A stretch of DNA of 64,000 nucleotides. Source: Nemertoderma westbladi (taxonomy: Eukaryota > Animalia > Xenacoelomorpha). The stretch lies in NCBI GenBank assembly GCA_032718475.1, contig JAUCBJ010002273.1:97779-161778 (forward strand). Reading direction: 5' to 3'. The position numbers were made by a program, and so were the translations under genes. The number at the start of each line of letters is the position of its first letter. The stretch's first letter is position 1. Shown piece by piece: positions 40,071-51,597 of this stretch. The notes beneath the pieces are model-generated. The model saw only the letters and a list, made by a program, of their open reading frames with translations. It searched no databases and was not told where the DNA came from.

Positions 40071-42125
40071 CAGTCGGGGTCTCAAAGTGCATCTGTTCTT
40101 TGAGATTTTCTCAAAGTTTTTCTAAAAGTGTCTAAAAGTCATTACATTACTCCCAACGGCCGCTTTGAATTCTTGTAGACACTTTTAGTTGGGAATCTCA
40201 AAGTGATTTCCTGCTTTTAGGCACTTTGAATTCTTTGAAATCTTTGAGAAATGTCACTTTGAGGTAGTTTGCGGCACTTTTAATTCTTTGAGAAAATAAA
40301 CTCCGAGGTATTCCTGATTGACAGCTCGTGGTAAGTTAACTGAGAGGCAGAGGCATTCTCGGGGAACAATATTATGCGGGCAACAAAGTGATACTTGTGT
40401 GCTGGCCAGTTGTTGCCTAGAAGCTATTCCCATTAATTTATCAAATTGAGGTTCCTGAGGTCATTACGGGATGGGTTTTAGGTCGCAAGTACAAATTGAA
40501 TTTACGGCACCCTAAAGTCTTTCTAAAAAACATTCATTTAAATAATACATGAAACTTAATTAGTGAAACAAGATTAATGCTTGACAAGATTGATTATTTC
40601 AATAACATAATACAATATAAGATTAACAATTAATATAAGAGAAACTGCACTGTAGTATCTCTGTGTATATGCAGTTTCATTATAATGACCTAAAGAAGCC
40701 CCCCCGTTGGGAGAAAGCTTGTAATAACATTTGTTATTCATTTCATTAGTCACCTCAGGTCAAACCGTACTACCTTAAGTGATTAATTAATATGATAACT
40801 ATGGTGACGAGAGCGCGAGAATTCCTTCTTAAAAACTAAGAAAGGCTTTCAACTTTCAAGTACGATAGTACGCTACACTCTTGTGTTGTTTTAACTTAAT
40901 AGAGATATTAAAATATCCCCTGCCGCTGGCGTTTATATTTGAGCATATTTTAAATGTTTACCTGATATTCAATTGATGTGTACCGCCTTCTGGCAAAGCG
41001 GCACCCAGTTTAAGCTATCAATCACAGCTAGTGAGTAGGGACCCACGGACGGCGACCTTCAAACAAACAGGTGCAGAGCCGGAAAGAACTGTCACATGCT
41101 TTGCTTGGCTTGTGGTACCATTTGATTACATAATAGATTTTGGCAGACTGGGCGGTCGCTCTGACAATAATGCATTGCGCACCAACAATGCCTAAAACAT
41201 CTATGGGAACAGCCAATTAGTGCGCTTGAATCATTTATCTTTATTCCTGCCTCTATCGTTATTTTTTACTTTGTATAACACAATTTACAGAGCGGCAAAG
41301 TATGGCTGGTTGACCATTGAAATGCATTGGTAAAGGTATTCGGCGTTCACGTGGGCTAAACAAATTTAAACAGTACAGTTTTAGCACTATACATTAATAT
41401 AGATAGGGCAACAGACAAACTGTCTATGACACAAACACCAACACATTCCGATAGCCCGCAATTATGGCGTCTCTAAAGAGTCCAAATATAAATTAATAAA
41501 ATCCTCTATGAAACAATAAAAATACCTACAAAAAATACTGCTGTATTAAATATTAGTTACTGCAGTAACATATAACAATTACTGTGAGTAACAAATATTT
41601 ATTACTGCAGTAATAAATATTTATTACTGCAGTATTAAATATTTATTACTGCAGTAACAAATATTTATTACTACGGCAGTAACAAATATTTGTTACTGCG
41701 GCAGTAACAAATATTTATTACTGCAATAATCAATATTAATAAATTAATAAATAATTGAATAAACATTTATACTGCAGTAACAAATTATTTGTTACTGCAG
41801 AAAAAGACAATTTTTTATTACTGCAGTAAGTTTAATTCTTACTTTCAGCAACAAATATTTATTACTGCAGTATTTTTTGGAGGCATCTTTATTGTTTCAT
41901 AGAGGTTTTTATTACTTATATTTTACCCTATAGTCAAAGTCAATATACCCCATACCATAGCCAGCTTCAGGCAGGACTGTATGAAATGACTGACAGTACT
42001 ACTTTGAAATCTTTGAAATCTTTGAGGACACTTTGTCATTTTCTTGGACCACTTTTAGAAATTTGAGACACTTTTAGTTCTTTGAGAAAATCTCAAAGAA
42101 CAGATGCACTTTGAGACCCCGACTG
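40071..42125. mobile_element. 2055-bp non-autonomous TIR DNA transposon with TA TSD (Tc1/mariner-type signature)
   Basis: Perfect 46-bp TIR CAGTCGGGGTCTCAAAGTGCATCTGTTCTTTGAGATTTTCTCAAAG. TA at 40069-40070 and 42126-42127. Removing it restores CVIYI-DLKKAFD in frame. No transposase ORF. Confidence 0.93.
41484..41924. mobile_element. Fold-back element/MITE inside the TIR element
   Basis: Imperfect long inverted arms (TAATAAAATCCTCTATGAAACAATAAA / TTTATTGTTTCATAGAGGTTTTTATTA). The interior is built from palindromic ~21-bp TTATTACTGCAGTAATAAATA units. Confidence 0.75.
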
Positions 42126-44297
42126 TATGTAGATTACGCAGGCTGATTCGCCGTTATCTAGAACAGATCTTAGTTTTTCAGTTATCTGTAAAATAGCCTC
42201 TGAAGTTGTAAATTTTTTCCTGAAACCAAATTGATTCGGGGTTAGAACTGTATTTTTATTAATATATGAAATTAATTGGTCATAAATAATAATCTCATAA
42301 ATTTTACTAAACATAGGGAGCAAAGAAATTGGACGGTAATTTGATGGATCGAATGGATCAGCACCTTTGTATGCAGGGATAACTTTGGCTTCTTTTAAAC
42401 GCGTTGGGAAACTTCCTATTCGTAGACTACAGTTCAATAATTTAGCAAGATGTAAACTCAATATTTTTGCTGCAATTTTAACCATTTTAGTGGGAAATTG
42501 ATCATTAGTAGCAGAGCTTTCTTTTAAAGTTAAAATGTGGTATTCAACCTCAACTGGGCTAGTCTCAATCAAAACAAAGGAATTACTTTTTTTGTGAGCG
42601 ATGTGCCGAGTGGGGCAACATCCAGACGGAAAGATTTTTGATGCGAGACTAGGACCAATTGACGTAAAGAAATCGTTAAATTCTTCCGCAATTAATTTTT
42701 GATCAGCTATTGTGATTTTTTCGTTATTTATATTAGTAACATTCATTTTTTTCGGAAGAGCAGAACGGGAATTTCTGTTAAGTGCAGAATTAATAATTTT
42801 CCATGTTTTCCTAATATTTGTCTGATTCCTTGTGAATTCATTTGAGTAATAGTTTTTCTCTGCACGCCGGAGTAATGTTGTTAGAGCGTTCCTATATAAT
42901 TTAAAAGTCTGGCGATTTTTCTCTGTGGGTTTAGTGATAGATAGTGCATACAATTTATTTTTACGGCGTATAGATTGTAACAGCGCGGGAGTAAACCATG
43001 GTTTATGGGGAATATTTTTCCTAGATATTGTTTTAACCGGCAAATGGGTACTACATATTTTGGAAAAATCTTCATAAAATCTGTCGAATTTTTCTGAATC
43101 AGTATTGATTACATTGTAGCTCCAGGTGTCATCGCGCTTTAAATTATCTAGGAACAATTTGGAATCGAAGAAGGAGTAATCATATTCAATCTTAGATTCC
43201 CTAGGTTTAAAATAAGCTGAAAAATTATTTAGTACTATGAATGTTGGTAAGTGGTCACTTATTTTAGCAACAAAAACTCCATAGCTACAAACAGATGAAC
43301 TTGTATTAGTTAGAATATGGTCTATTAATGATTTTGATCCAAAGCGCTCATCAATACGAGTAGGTTCTGTTATAACCTGATGGAAAGCATTTGAGTGCAG
43401 AGTACTTAAATATGTCCTTTGAGGCTTATCATTTTTCATCATATCAATGTTGAAATCGCCTGTAAGAACAACTTCATAATTATTATTTGCTAAATATGAA
43501 AGCTTTGAATCAAGTTCATCAATAAAATCATAAGTATTAATTTCTTCCGAACGATAAAGACACCCGATAATTAAGGGCTTTGATTGGTTACTGCGGGTAA
43601 TTTGGATCCACGTATTTTCAGTGCAGCCCATTTTTAGATCTGGGCGCTCAACAGCTTCGAGCTCCTCTCTGACATAAATTGCTACACCACCACGAGCTAT
43701 ATTGGCACTGTGAAAGTCACAAAAAGGTTTTAGATAGCCGTGTAAATTGTAACGAGCAATCTGTTGATCCTTATTAAAAAAAGTTTCAGAAAAAGAAATT
43801 ATATCTAATTTCGATTCAAGTGCATGGAAAAAGTCTAGAATTAAATCATGTTTGGCATTAATACTTTGTGCATTCAAGTGAAATATTGATAATGCATTGT
43901 GCGAGTTATCTAAGAATTCTTGGTCATATTTTTCCTCATTAAAGTACCCGTGAGAAAAAATAGGCCGCATAATATTCTGGTCAGGGTCCACTTCATCAAA
44001 AAAACGATCAAGAGATTCCATAGTGGTAGGTTCCAGAACAGAACTTCTGTTATCACCAAAAATATCATCATCATCTTCGTCAACCGTCATAAAGGGAAAA
44101 GTGTCGTAATTACAAAAAATGCACCAGCGTTCATATTTAGATTTGCGGTACTCCTTATGTGAAAGATATGAACCACATTGTATATGATAAATTGTGGTGC
44201 AGTGGCAGCACGAAAATATGTCGTCGGTTGGGCCAATCAAACTAAAACAAAATCCACAATCCAGAGGTGGGGACAAGGAAGGATAGGTGATAGACAT
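42126..44297 (-). CDS. LINE ORF2 N-terminal 720+ aa: PHD finger, APE endonuclease and start of RT; truncated by the insertion
   Basis: Motifs CGFC..CCHC..HIQC..WCIFC, HLNAQSI, SETF, GGVAIYV, GDFNID, SDHLP, NYRPISLLP and QFGFR. Confidence 0.95.
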
Positions 44298-44888
44298 GAA
44301 TGAAAAAATGCTAAAAGGTTAGTAAAAGAAAAAAAAACGAAAATAGAAAAGTACGTTGTGTTAGTACAAGCTAGGATTCAGATCGAATATTGGGGGCAAT
44401 TTGTTGATCTGTAGGTACCGACTCCATACAGTCCAATAAACATCAAATTATATATAAAATAGTATTATTATATAAAAAAAAAAAAATAATTTAATATCCC
44501 TGGTATTGGTGCGATGTGAATAAGTAGGCCATATACTGGAAAGTTGTAAAAAAACAAAGCAAATTACCTCATAAATTATTTATATTATATACTTACATAC
44601 ATAACCTACCAGTATATGTTTGCGCGAATTGAGTTAGTGTGCATTCAATTTAACGATAGTATACATTGCCAATGCACACACACTACGCTAGTAATATAAT
44701 ATCGCACACCGGTATTATATACCAATGGAATATGGTACAATACCATATTACAGCGAGCGCAATTATACATTGGCAATGCAATATCTTTATATTATATACC
44801 ATATAATATACCGGTAATATATGGTAGATGGCGCACAGAATACAAGGTAGTTCACATCACACGTCATACCAGATGTATTAAAGCATAA

Positions 44889-45330
44889 CTTGTAGGGCTG
44901 ACCTCGATGTTTGGTGGCTGCCCAAGCAAGTTGCTGAAGTGATTTTTCCACTTCCCAACACGTTCTTCAGGACTATCGGCTTTGAGGCGCCCCTTTGCAC
45001 AACTTTTCCGACCAGATACCTCATTTACAGTTTGCCAGGTAAGTCTTGATTGTTGCTGTATGTGAGCAGTTGTAATTGCTTCAGTTTTATCCTGTATGTA
45101 CTTTTCCTGGCTGATGTTGTAGGCCAATTTAAGATCGTCCTTAGCTTTCTCAACCTTGTTAATGTTTTCGGTTGTTGGTTGTTCGGTTTTAACTTTGTAG
45201 GCTATCTTAAGATCTTCTCTCTTACAAGTAACCTCAGAGTTTTGCCATGGCACATACTGTTTTCGTTTAGGTTTCTGGGGGATATGCCTCTTAGCTGATT
45301 CCTTGTGGGCTGTTATTATATTCTGGTATA
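44889..45330 (-). pseudogene. 5' half of RTE no. 1 (EN-RT linker)
   Basis: Open frame IYQNIITAHKESAKRHIP...WQTVNEVSGRK...WKNHFSNLLGQPPNIEVSPT. Confidence 0.88.
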
Positions 45331-45345
45331 TACACTAAAATAAGC

Positions 45346-46322
45346 TACTATTTGTATTACTAGGATCGGCATTCTGCATTGCAGCTGCATTTTTAAGAAT
45401 GCTGTGCCGGCTTATCGACAAAATTGCGCCGCCACAACTCCACAACCCGATGCGTCTCAAGAAAGTCATGGGCTGTCCACCATGCTTATTCACTCCATGA
45501 GGCTGCCAAAGCACAAGATTATGCACTGGCTGGTTCTCACGGCGAAAGCAATGTCCTGCAAAGGGGAGGCGACTTTGTTCTAACAGTGTCTAGCTTGGGC
45601 GAACCAATGAGACACCTCTAATGTTATATAGTGTCTGGTTGGAGATGTGTGCATTGTACTTGACACAATGTACCCGGCGTAGCATTCTTGTGAATGTGCC
45701 ATCCAGAGATTTGGGGTCCTCAGCTGTTAGAGCCCAGCATTGACTCCCATAGAGGAGTACTGGAACTACTGCTGCTCTAAATAATCGGACCTTAAGCTTC
45801 CGATTAATTCTCTGTGACTTCCAAATCCTGGAAAGCCTATTCAAGCCTGCCCATGCCTTTCCCTGACGTATTCGAATGTCCTCACCTGACTTCCGGACCC
45901 ATGATCCCAGGTAACAGAAGTCGTCCACATCCTCAAGCATGCCATCCTTTGAGCTTTATGCTCATTGCTGAGGACTTTAAAAGTTAACTGTCAAAATTTT
46001 GGTCTTCTTTTTTTTGAGTTAATAAAAATACCAACACTAGAAGCAGCCTGTTCTAATGAGCTGAGGAGCCGTTGGGCTCCCTCTAGTGATTCTGACAGTA
46101 CTCCTAAGTCATCAGCAAAGTCTAGATCAGTTAGGTACTTGGCAGGATTTCCTCGAATTCTGGAGCCAGTAGGTGGAGATACCATCACCCCATCATCATT
46201 ATGATGATCTAAGGACATGCGAAGAACATAGTCAACCACAATTATGAACAAGAATGGCGCAAGTGTGTCTCCTTGGCTTGGAGGACTCCATATGATACTT
46301 CAAATGGTTCTGTATCACCATC
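45346..46322 (-). mobile_element. RTE-type LINE no. 2, 5'-truncated and frameshifted, with a 9-bp TSD AAAATAAGC
   Basis: TSD at 45337-45345 and 46323-46331. Motifs GDTLAPFLFIIVVDY, DFADDLG, FCYLGSW, LLYGSQCW and LVLWQP. Clearly diverged from RTE no. 1. Confidence 0.9.
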
Positions 46323-46917
46323 AAAATAAGCAGAAATATAGGAATCATAAATAGAATTAAATCATTTTCTCCAACCCCAGTTCTTTCAAAATTATATTAC
46401 TCACTGGTAGAACCATTAAATTTAATTTAAAGAACCATTTAATTACTGCATCTCTGTATGGGGTCAAGCAATTATGCAATTATATTCAAATAAAGCTACA
46501 CCGACTGCGAGTATATCTAAATATATAGGTCCGCGCCGCCGTAGATGCAAACCTAGAAACCAAACAAACATAAATTACGCAGCACAACCCAAATTTTAAT
46601 CCACACTGCTTACGTTCTTTGTATATTTCTCAAGTAGGTTTAATCAGCAATCTGTTTAAGTACCTACATCAACGGAATACTCCCGAAAGATATTTTTCCA
46701 CATCTTTTAACTCCCATAGACCAAATTCATTCTCATCAAACCCGAGGACCGTCTCAAAATAAATGCTTCATTGTTAGACATGTTAGACTTCAAAGTTACG
46801 AAATAATTATATTTTTATTCAAGCCTCACACATCTGGAATTCTCTGCTCGCTGATACACGACATGCATCTTCCTTTAACTCCTCTAAACAAAAACTCTCT
46901 GTGCATCTACAGCATTA
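46323..46917 (+). pseudogene. Host LINE ORF2 C-terminal fragment
   Basis: KISRNIGIINRIKSFSPTPVLSKLYYSLVEP...NYCISVWGSS..., continuing the frame left at 35157/45345. Confidence 0.85.
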
Positions 46918-47168
46918 ACATAAAAAAATATTATACATTAGTTTATATTATTTCCGTTACTTTATTTAATAATTGGTGTTTTATTTTAAGTCCCTGTCTT
47001 GTTTATGTATGTATTTCAGTACGTAGGTAGTTTAAATTAGCATTAACATAAAAAAATATTATACATTAGTTTATATTATTTCCATTACTTTATTTAATAA
47101 TTGGTGTTTTATTTTAAGTCCCTGTCTTGTTTATGTATGTATTTCAGTACGTAGGTAGTTTAAATTAG
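46911..47168. repeat. 128-bp tandem duplication in the LINE 3' UTR
   Basis: AGCATTAACATAAAAAAATATT... at 46911 and 47039, nearly identical. Confidence 0.95.
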
Positions 47169-47595
47169 TTTAGGTTAGGTGATTTAGGTTATGTGCCCAT
47201 CATATATCTAACATACAGTAGTAGTTAGGCCTATTTATTATAACTACAATATATTGTTTATATGTATATAAACAATAAATGTGTTTATATATATATGATA
47301 ATAATTTATTTTAATATCAAACTGGAGCCGTTTTATTTATCATTTTTATAGATACAACGTGTGTAAAAGAAAAAACTTCTAACTAAGGAAAAATATTATT
47401 GCCATCATTATTCAGCACATCTGAGAGTCACTTCCCCTGAATTATCAATAGAACCAGCAATAAATTTCCAAAATTACTGCGGCCTAATTTGAATGCACAG
47501 CACAGGTCTGTTGTGTCGTTCTCTAACAACTAGTTACTATAGTAAGTATCAATAATAATAAATGAATTGTTGTGGGGTGAGTGACGGTGAATTAA

Positions 47596-47836
47596 ATATA
47601 TAATGTAGATAGGACAATATGATAATGCTCTCCATAGCGAAAAGTATCACTCCCACTCCACACTCCACTCCCACTCCACAGCGAAATATTCATCCGGTCT
47701 GGTAGCTCAGTACAGTCACCCGGCTGATGATAACCAGAAGTTTGAAACCTAGGTACCGGGTTCGAGCCCCAATAGTGCTGGTTGATATTTTTCGCTATGG
47801 AGAGCATTATCATATTGTCCTATCTACATTATATAT
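47596..47836. mobile_element. ~240-bp element with ~50-bp terminal inverted repeats enclosing a tRNA-like/hammerhead unit
   Basis: ATATATAATGTAGATAGGACAATATGATAATGCTCTCCATAGCGAAAA and its reverse complement at about 47789-47836. Confidence 0.85.
47718..47761 (+). ncRNA. Minimal type-I hammerhead ribozyme motif, stem II imperfect
   Basis: ACCCGG-CTGATGA-tAAC-cagaa-GTTt-GAAA-CCTAGG-TA-CCGGGT: 6-bp stem I, complete core, palindromic stem III, GUA cleavage triplet. The stem II closing pair is a U-U mismatch. Confidence 0.7.
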
Positions 47837-48214
47837 ATAGTAAGTATCATCTACTTCAATCTCATATCCAATTTAGCTACTGTAGCATACAGTACAGAGT
47901 AGCGTTAGCAATATGAATTGTTGTGTCCACTCTCGCACACCGGCGCGTATTGAACGCAAGTAGATCTCACAGAGACCCCATGCAGGGTGTAATTAACACG
48001 ATGCGAATTAATGTAATGGAAAGATGCCCTTCGTGACCTATCATAACCTCACGTACATAGTATGACATATAATTGTTTAATAAGGATTAACATTTTCAAT
48101 GCAGTGAAGCAAGAAATTAAGATCAATAACGGAACGTACAATGAGATAATGGTAAACCATCATATCTTCCTACATATCAAACAGCATATGCAGCAATTCC
48201 ACAAACACAAGAAG

Positions 48215-48780
48215 TACTGTGTGGCGAGCGACGAAAGTAAGCGAGCTTAGCATACAGGTACCACTTACTCAATCGGTGTGTCTGTTGTTCTGTTGTTCTG
48301 TCGTTCTGTTGTGTCCAATTTTAAACGTTAATAACTCAGCCAAATGTTAATGAAATTTAAACAAACTTGGTACACATGTAGTCTGGCCAAAGTTTAAAAA
48401 TTTTCCAAATTGAATTTCCGTGTGGCCTTCGAGAAGCTAAGATAATAGCAGTTAATTAGTTAATTAAGTTGATTAGGGTAAAAACAGCAATTTCAACCTG
48501 CCTCTTAAAGGATATTAATTATTTTCTAGAATATGATTTAAATAATTATACTTCAAAATTATATAACTGGATTCCCCATACCCCATTCCATTATAGTTTT
48601 TAATTAGTTCAAGAGATTTGCTTTAAGAAATGTGTTTTTAATTAATTGTAATTAAGTTATCAAAATGCCACCGCATCTCTATACTTCCAGCTCCCTCATT
48701 CATTGGCATGCTTACTATTGCCTAGTCTATCTGCTGGCGCTGGGAACCAGTCCACCCACCTTACTTGGCAACGAGTAATT
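48215..48780. mobile_element. Possible degenerate HINE-like repeat
   Basis: (CTGTT/GTTCT)n microsatellite at about 48282-48312 followed by AAACTTGGTACAC, the reverse complement of the ACCAAGTTT core motif in the 33.3-kb element. Boundaries unclear. Confidence 0.35.
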
Positions 48781-49362
48781 ATATCAATAGGCACTACAGT
48801 AGTGTAAGGTACCAGACTAATAAGCCAGCCATCATTAATCCTCTGTGCTCATTTGGGTTGGGCTGGTGCAGATTAAGAGGGCGGTTGACGCAATGGGGGG
48901 GGGGGGGGGGGGGGATCTTTCCTCTCTTCTTTGATTTATTCTTACTGGCGTTTTGGTTAAATTTTCTTAATTATTTATTACAATTTCTTAAGTATCGATT
49001 TTTGGATAGAATTGTTCAATTTTAATCTGTATCTAATAACTGAGCCTCGTCCTGTGCAATGGCCCCACGAACGTGTATACTACTACAAAGGCCTACTGCA
49101 ATACCAAATTTATATAATAATTTAAATAATTTAATAATATTTATTAAATGGTAAATAAAGTAGAATTATTGTAATAACGCTTGATTCTAGAAATATTCCA
49201 AAGTATTATTAGATTGGTAAACAGGAATTTACATATTCAAGTGTTAATAATGAAAATTAAAAAAATAAATATATAATTAAATTATTTTATTTCTAAATTG
49301 TAACATTACTCGACGCCGATAGTATTAACAGCGAGTTGTTAATTAGCACTTTACAACTTTTG

Positions 49363-51420
49363 AGGACATTGCAGCATTGTGTTGGCCTGTACATTTAGTA
49401 TTGCATTGGTGTTGTAATGTCCCTTGTTTATATGGTTACCATTGACGGCGAAAGGACATTAGCATTGTATTGGCCTGTACATTTAGTATTGTATTGGTGT
49501 TGTAATGTCCCTTGTTTATGTGGTTACCATTGACGGCGAAAGGACATTAGCATTGTATTGGCCTGTACATTTAGTATTGTATTGGTGTTGTAATGTCCCT
49601 TGTTTATGTGGTTACCATTGACGGCGAAAGGACATTAGCATTGTATTGGCCTGTACATTTAGTATTGTATTGGTGTTGTAATGTCCCTTGTTTATGTGGT
49701 TACCATTGACGGCGAAAGGACATTAGCATTGTATTGGCCTGTACATTTAGTATTGTATTGGTGTTGTAATGTCCCTTGTTTATGTGGTTACCATTGACGG
49801 CGAAAGGACATTAGCATTGTATTGGCCTGTACATTTAGTATTGTATTGGTGTTGTAATGTCCCTTGTTTATGTGGTTACCATTGACGGCGAAAGGACATT
49901 AGCATTGTATTGGCCTGTACATTTAGTATTGTATTGGTGTTGTATAATGTCCCTTGTTTATGTGGTTACCATTATTGACGGCGAAAGGACATTAGCATTG
50001 TATTGGCCTGTACATTTAGTATTGTATTGGTGTTGTAATGTCCCTTGTTTATGTGGTTACCATTATTGACGGCGAAAGGACATTAGCATTGTATTGGCCT
50101 GTACATTTAGTATTGTATTGGTGTTGTAATGTCCCTTGTTTATGTGGTTACCATTGACGGCGAAAGGACATTAGCATTGTATTGGCCTGTACATTTAGTA
50201 TTGTATTGGTGTTGTAATGTCCCTTGTTTATGTGGTTACCATTGACGGCGAAAGGACATTAGCATTGTATTGGCCTGTACATTTAGTATTGTATTGGTGT
50301 TGTAATGTCCCTTGTTTATGTGGTTACCATTGACGGCGAAAGGACATTAGCATTGTATTGGCCTGTACATTTAGTATTGTATTGGTGTTGTAATGTCCCT
50401 TGTTTATGTGGTTACCATTGACGGCGAAAGGACATTAGCATTGTATTGGCCTGTACATTTAGTATTGTATTGGTGTTGTATAATGTCCCTTGTTTATGTG
50501 GTTACCATTATTGACGGCGAAAGGACATTAGCATTGTATTGGCCTGTACATTTAGTATTGTATTGGTGTTGTAATGTCCCTTGTTTATGTGGTTACCATT
50601 ATTGACGGCGAAAGGACATTAGCATTGTATTGGCCTGTACATTTAGTATTGTATTGGTGTTGTAATGTCCCTTGTTTATATGGTTACCATTGACGGCGAA
50701 AGGACATTAGCATTGTATTGGCCTGTACATTTAGTATTGTATTGGTGTTGTAATGTCCCTTGTTTATGTGGTTACCATTATTGACGGCGAAAGGACATTA
50801 GCATTGTATTGGCCTGTACATTTAGTATTGTATTGGTGTTGTAATGTCCCTTGTTTATGTGGTTACCATTGACGGCGAAAGGACATTAGCATTGTATTGG
50901 CCTGTACATTTAGTATTGTATTGGTGTTGTAATGTCCCTTGTTTATGTGGTTACCATTGACGGCGAAAGGACATTAGCATTGTATTGGCCTGTACATTTA
51001 GTATTGTATTGGTGTTGTAATGTCCCTTGTTTATGTGGTTACCATTGACGGCGAAAGGACATTAGCATTGTATTGGCCTGTACATTTAGTATTGTATTGG
51101 TGTTGTAATGTCCCTTGTTTATGTGGTTAGCATTATTGACGGCGAAAGGACATTAGCATTGTATTGGCCTGTACATTTAGTATTGTATTGGTGTTGTATA
51201 ATGTCCCTTGTTTATGTGGTTACCAATATTGACGGCGAAAGGACATTAGCATTGTATTGGCCTGTACATTTAGTATTGTATTGGTGTTGTAATGTCCCTT
51301 GTTTATGTGGTTACCATTATTGACGGCGAAAGGACATTAGCATTGTATTGGCCTGTACATTTAGTATTGTATTGGTGTTGTAATGTCCCTTGTTTATGTG
51401 GTTACCATTATTGACGGCGA
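49363..51420. repeat. 88-bp minisatellite, about 23 copies
   Basis: Unit GGACATTAGCATTGTATTGGCCTGTACATTTAGTATTGTATTGGTGTTGTAATGTCCCTTGTTTATGTGGTTACCATTGACGGCGAAA, with +ATT and +TA variants. Confidence 0.98.
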
Positions 51421-51551
51421 GCTGTAAAGTTACGGCATCATTGGTTACCACGTAAACGATAGGTGTCATTTACACTGTAATTAATGATCTAATATTATGG
51501 TTTTGTTCAGAAATGGAAAAAATGAGAAAGCGCGTCACCGAGGGTCGAACC

Positions 51552-51597
51552 AGCGCTATACGTACGTTTCGGCCTATCAGGCCTCATCAGTAGCGCT
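51552..51597 (-). ncRNA. Minimal type-I hammerhead ribozyme
   Basis: Minus strand reads AGCGCTA-CTGATGA-GGCC-tgata-GGCC-GAAA-CGTACG-TA-TAGCGCT: perfect 7-bp stem I, full core, 4-bp stem II, palindromic stem III, GUA triplet. Confidence 0.9.

Larger units (their letters stand above)
36707..44888 (-). mobile_element. Apparently full-length L2/CR1-group LINE (PHD-EN-RT), flanked by a 6-bp TSD CTTGTA
   Basis: CTTGTA at 36701-36706 and 44889-44894. AATAAA plus a (TTGAA)n tail at the 36707 end. ORF2 starts at 44297 after a ~590-nt leader with no visible ORF1. Confidence 0.9.
35158..45330 (-). mobile_element. RTE-type LINE no. 1, 5'-truncated, split into 35158-36706 and 44889-45330
   Basis: (TAG)n tail directly after the stop at 35167. 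The two halves join in frame as ...PPNIEVSPT|RKIYDKTLPIE... once 36707-44894 is removed. Confidence 0.92.
31090..47290 (+). mobile_element. Decayed CR1/L2-group LINE, host of the nested insertions; ends approximate
   Basis: Collinear pieces: ORF1 relic 31.2-31.7 kb, PHD plus APE endonuclease 32.0-33.3 kb, FADD region 34.86-35.16 kb, YTKIS at 45331-45345, RT C-terminus 46332-46917, then an AT-rich 3' UTR ending near AATAAA at about 47275. Confidence 0.85.

Noticed and set aside
47168-47190. TTAGG telomeric repeats
   Set aside because: Only two or three imperfect units within a LINE 3' UTR.
47694-47782. Functional tRNA gene
   Set aside because: Has A/B-box-like motifs but no canonical cloverleaf; the central part is better explained as a hammerhead.
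49857-51323. Hydrophobic 70-aa ORFs
   Set aside because: Translations of the 88-bp repeat.
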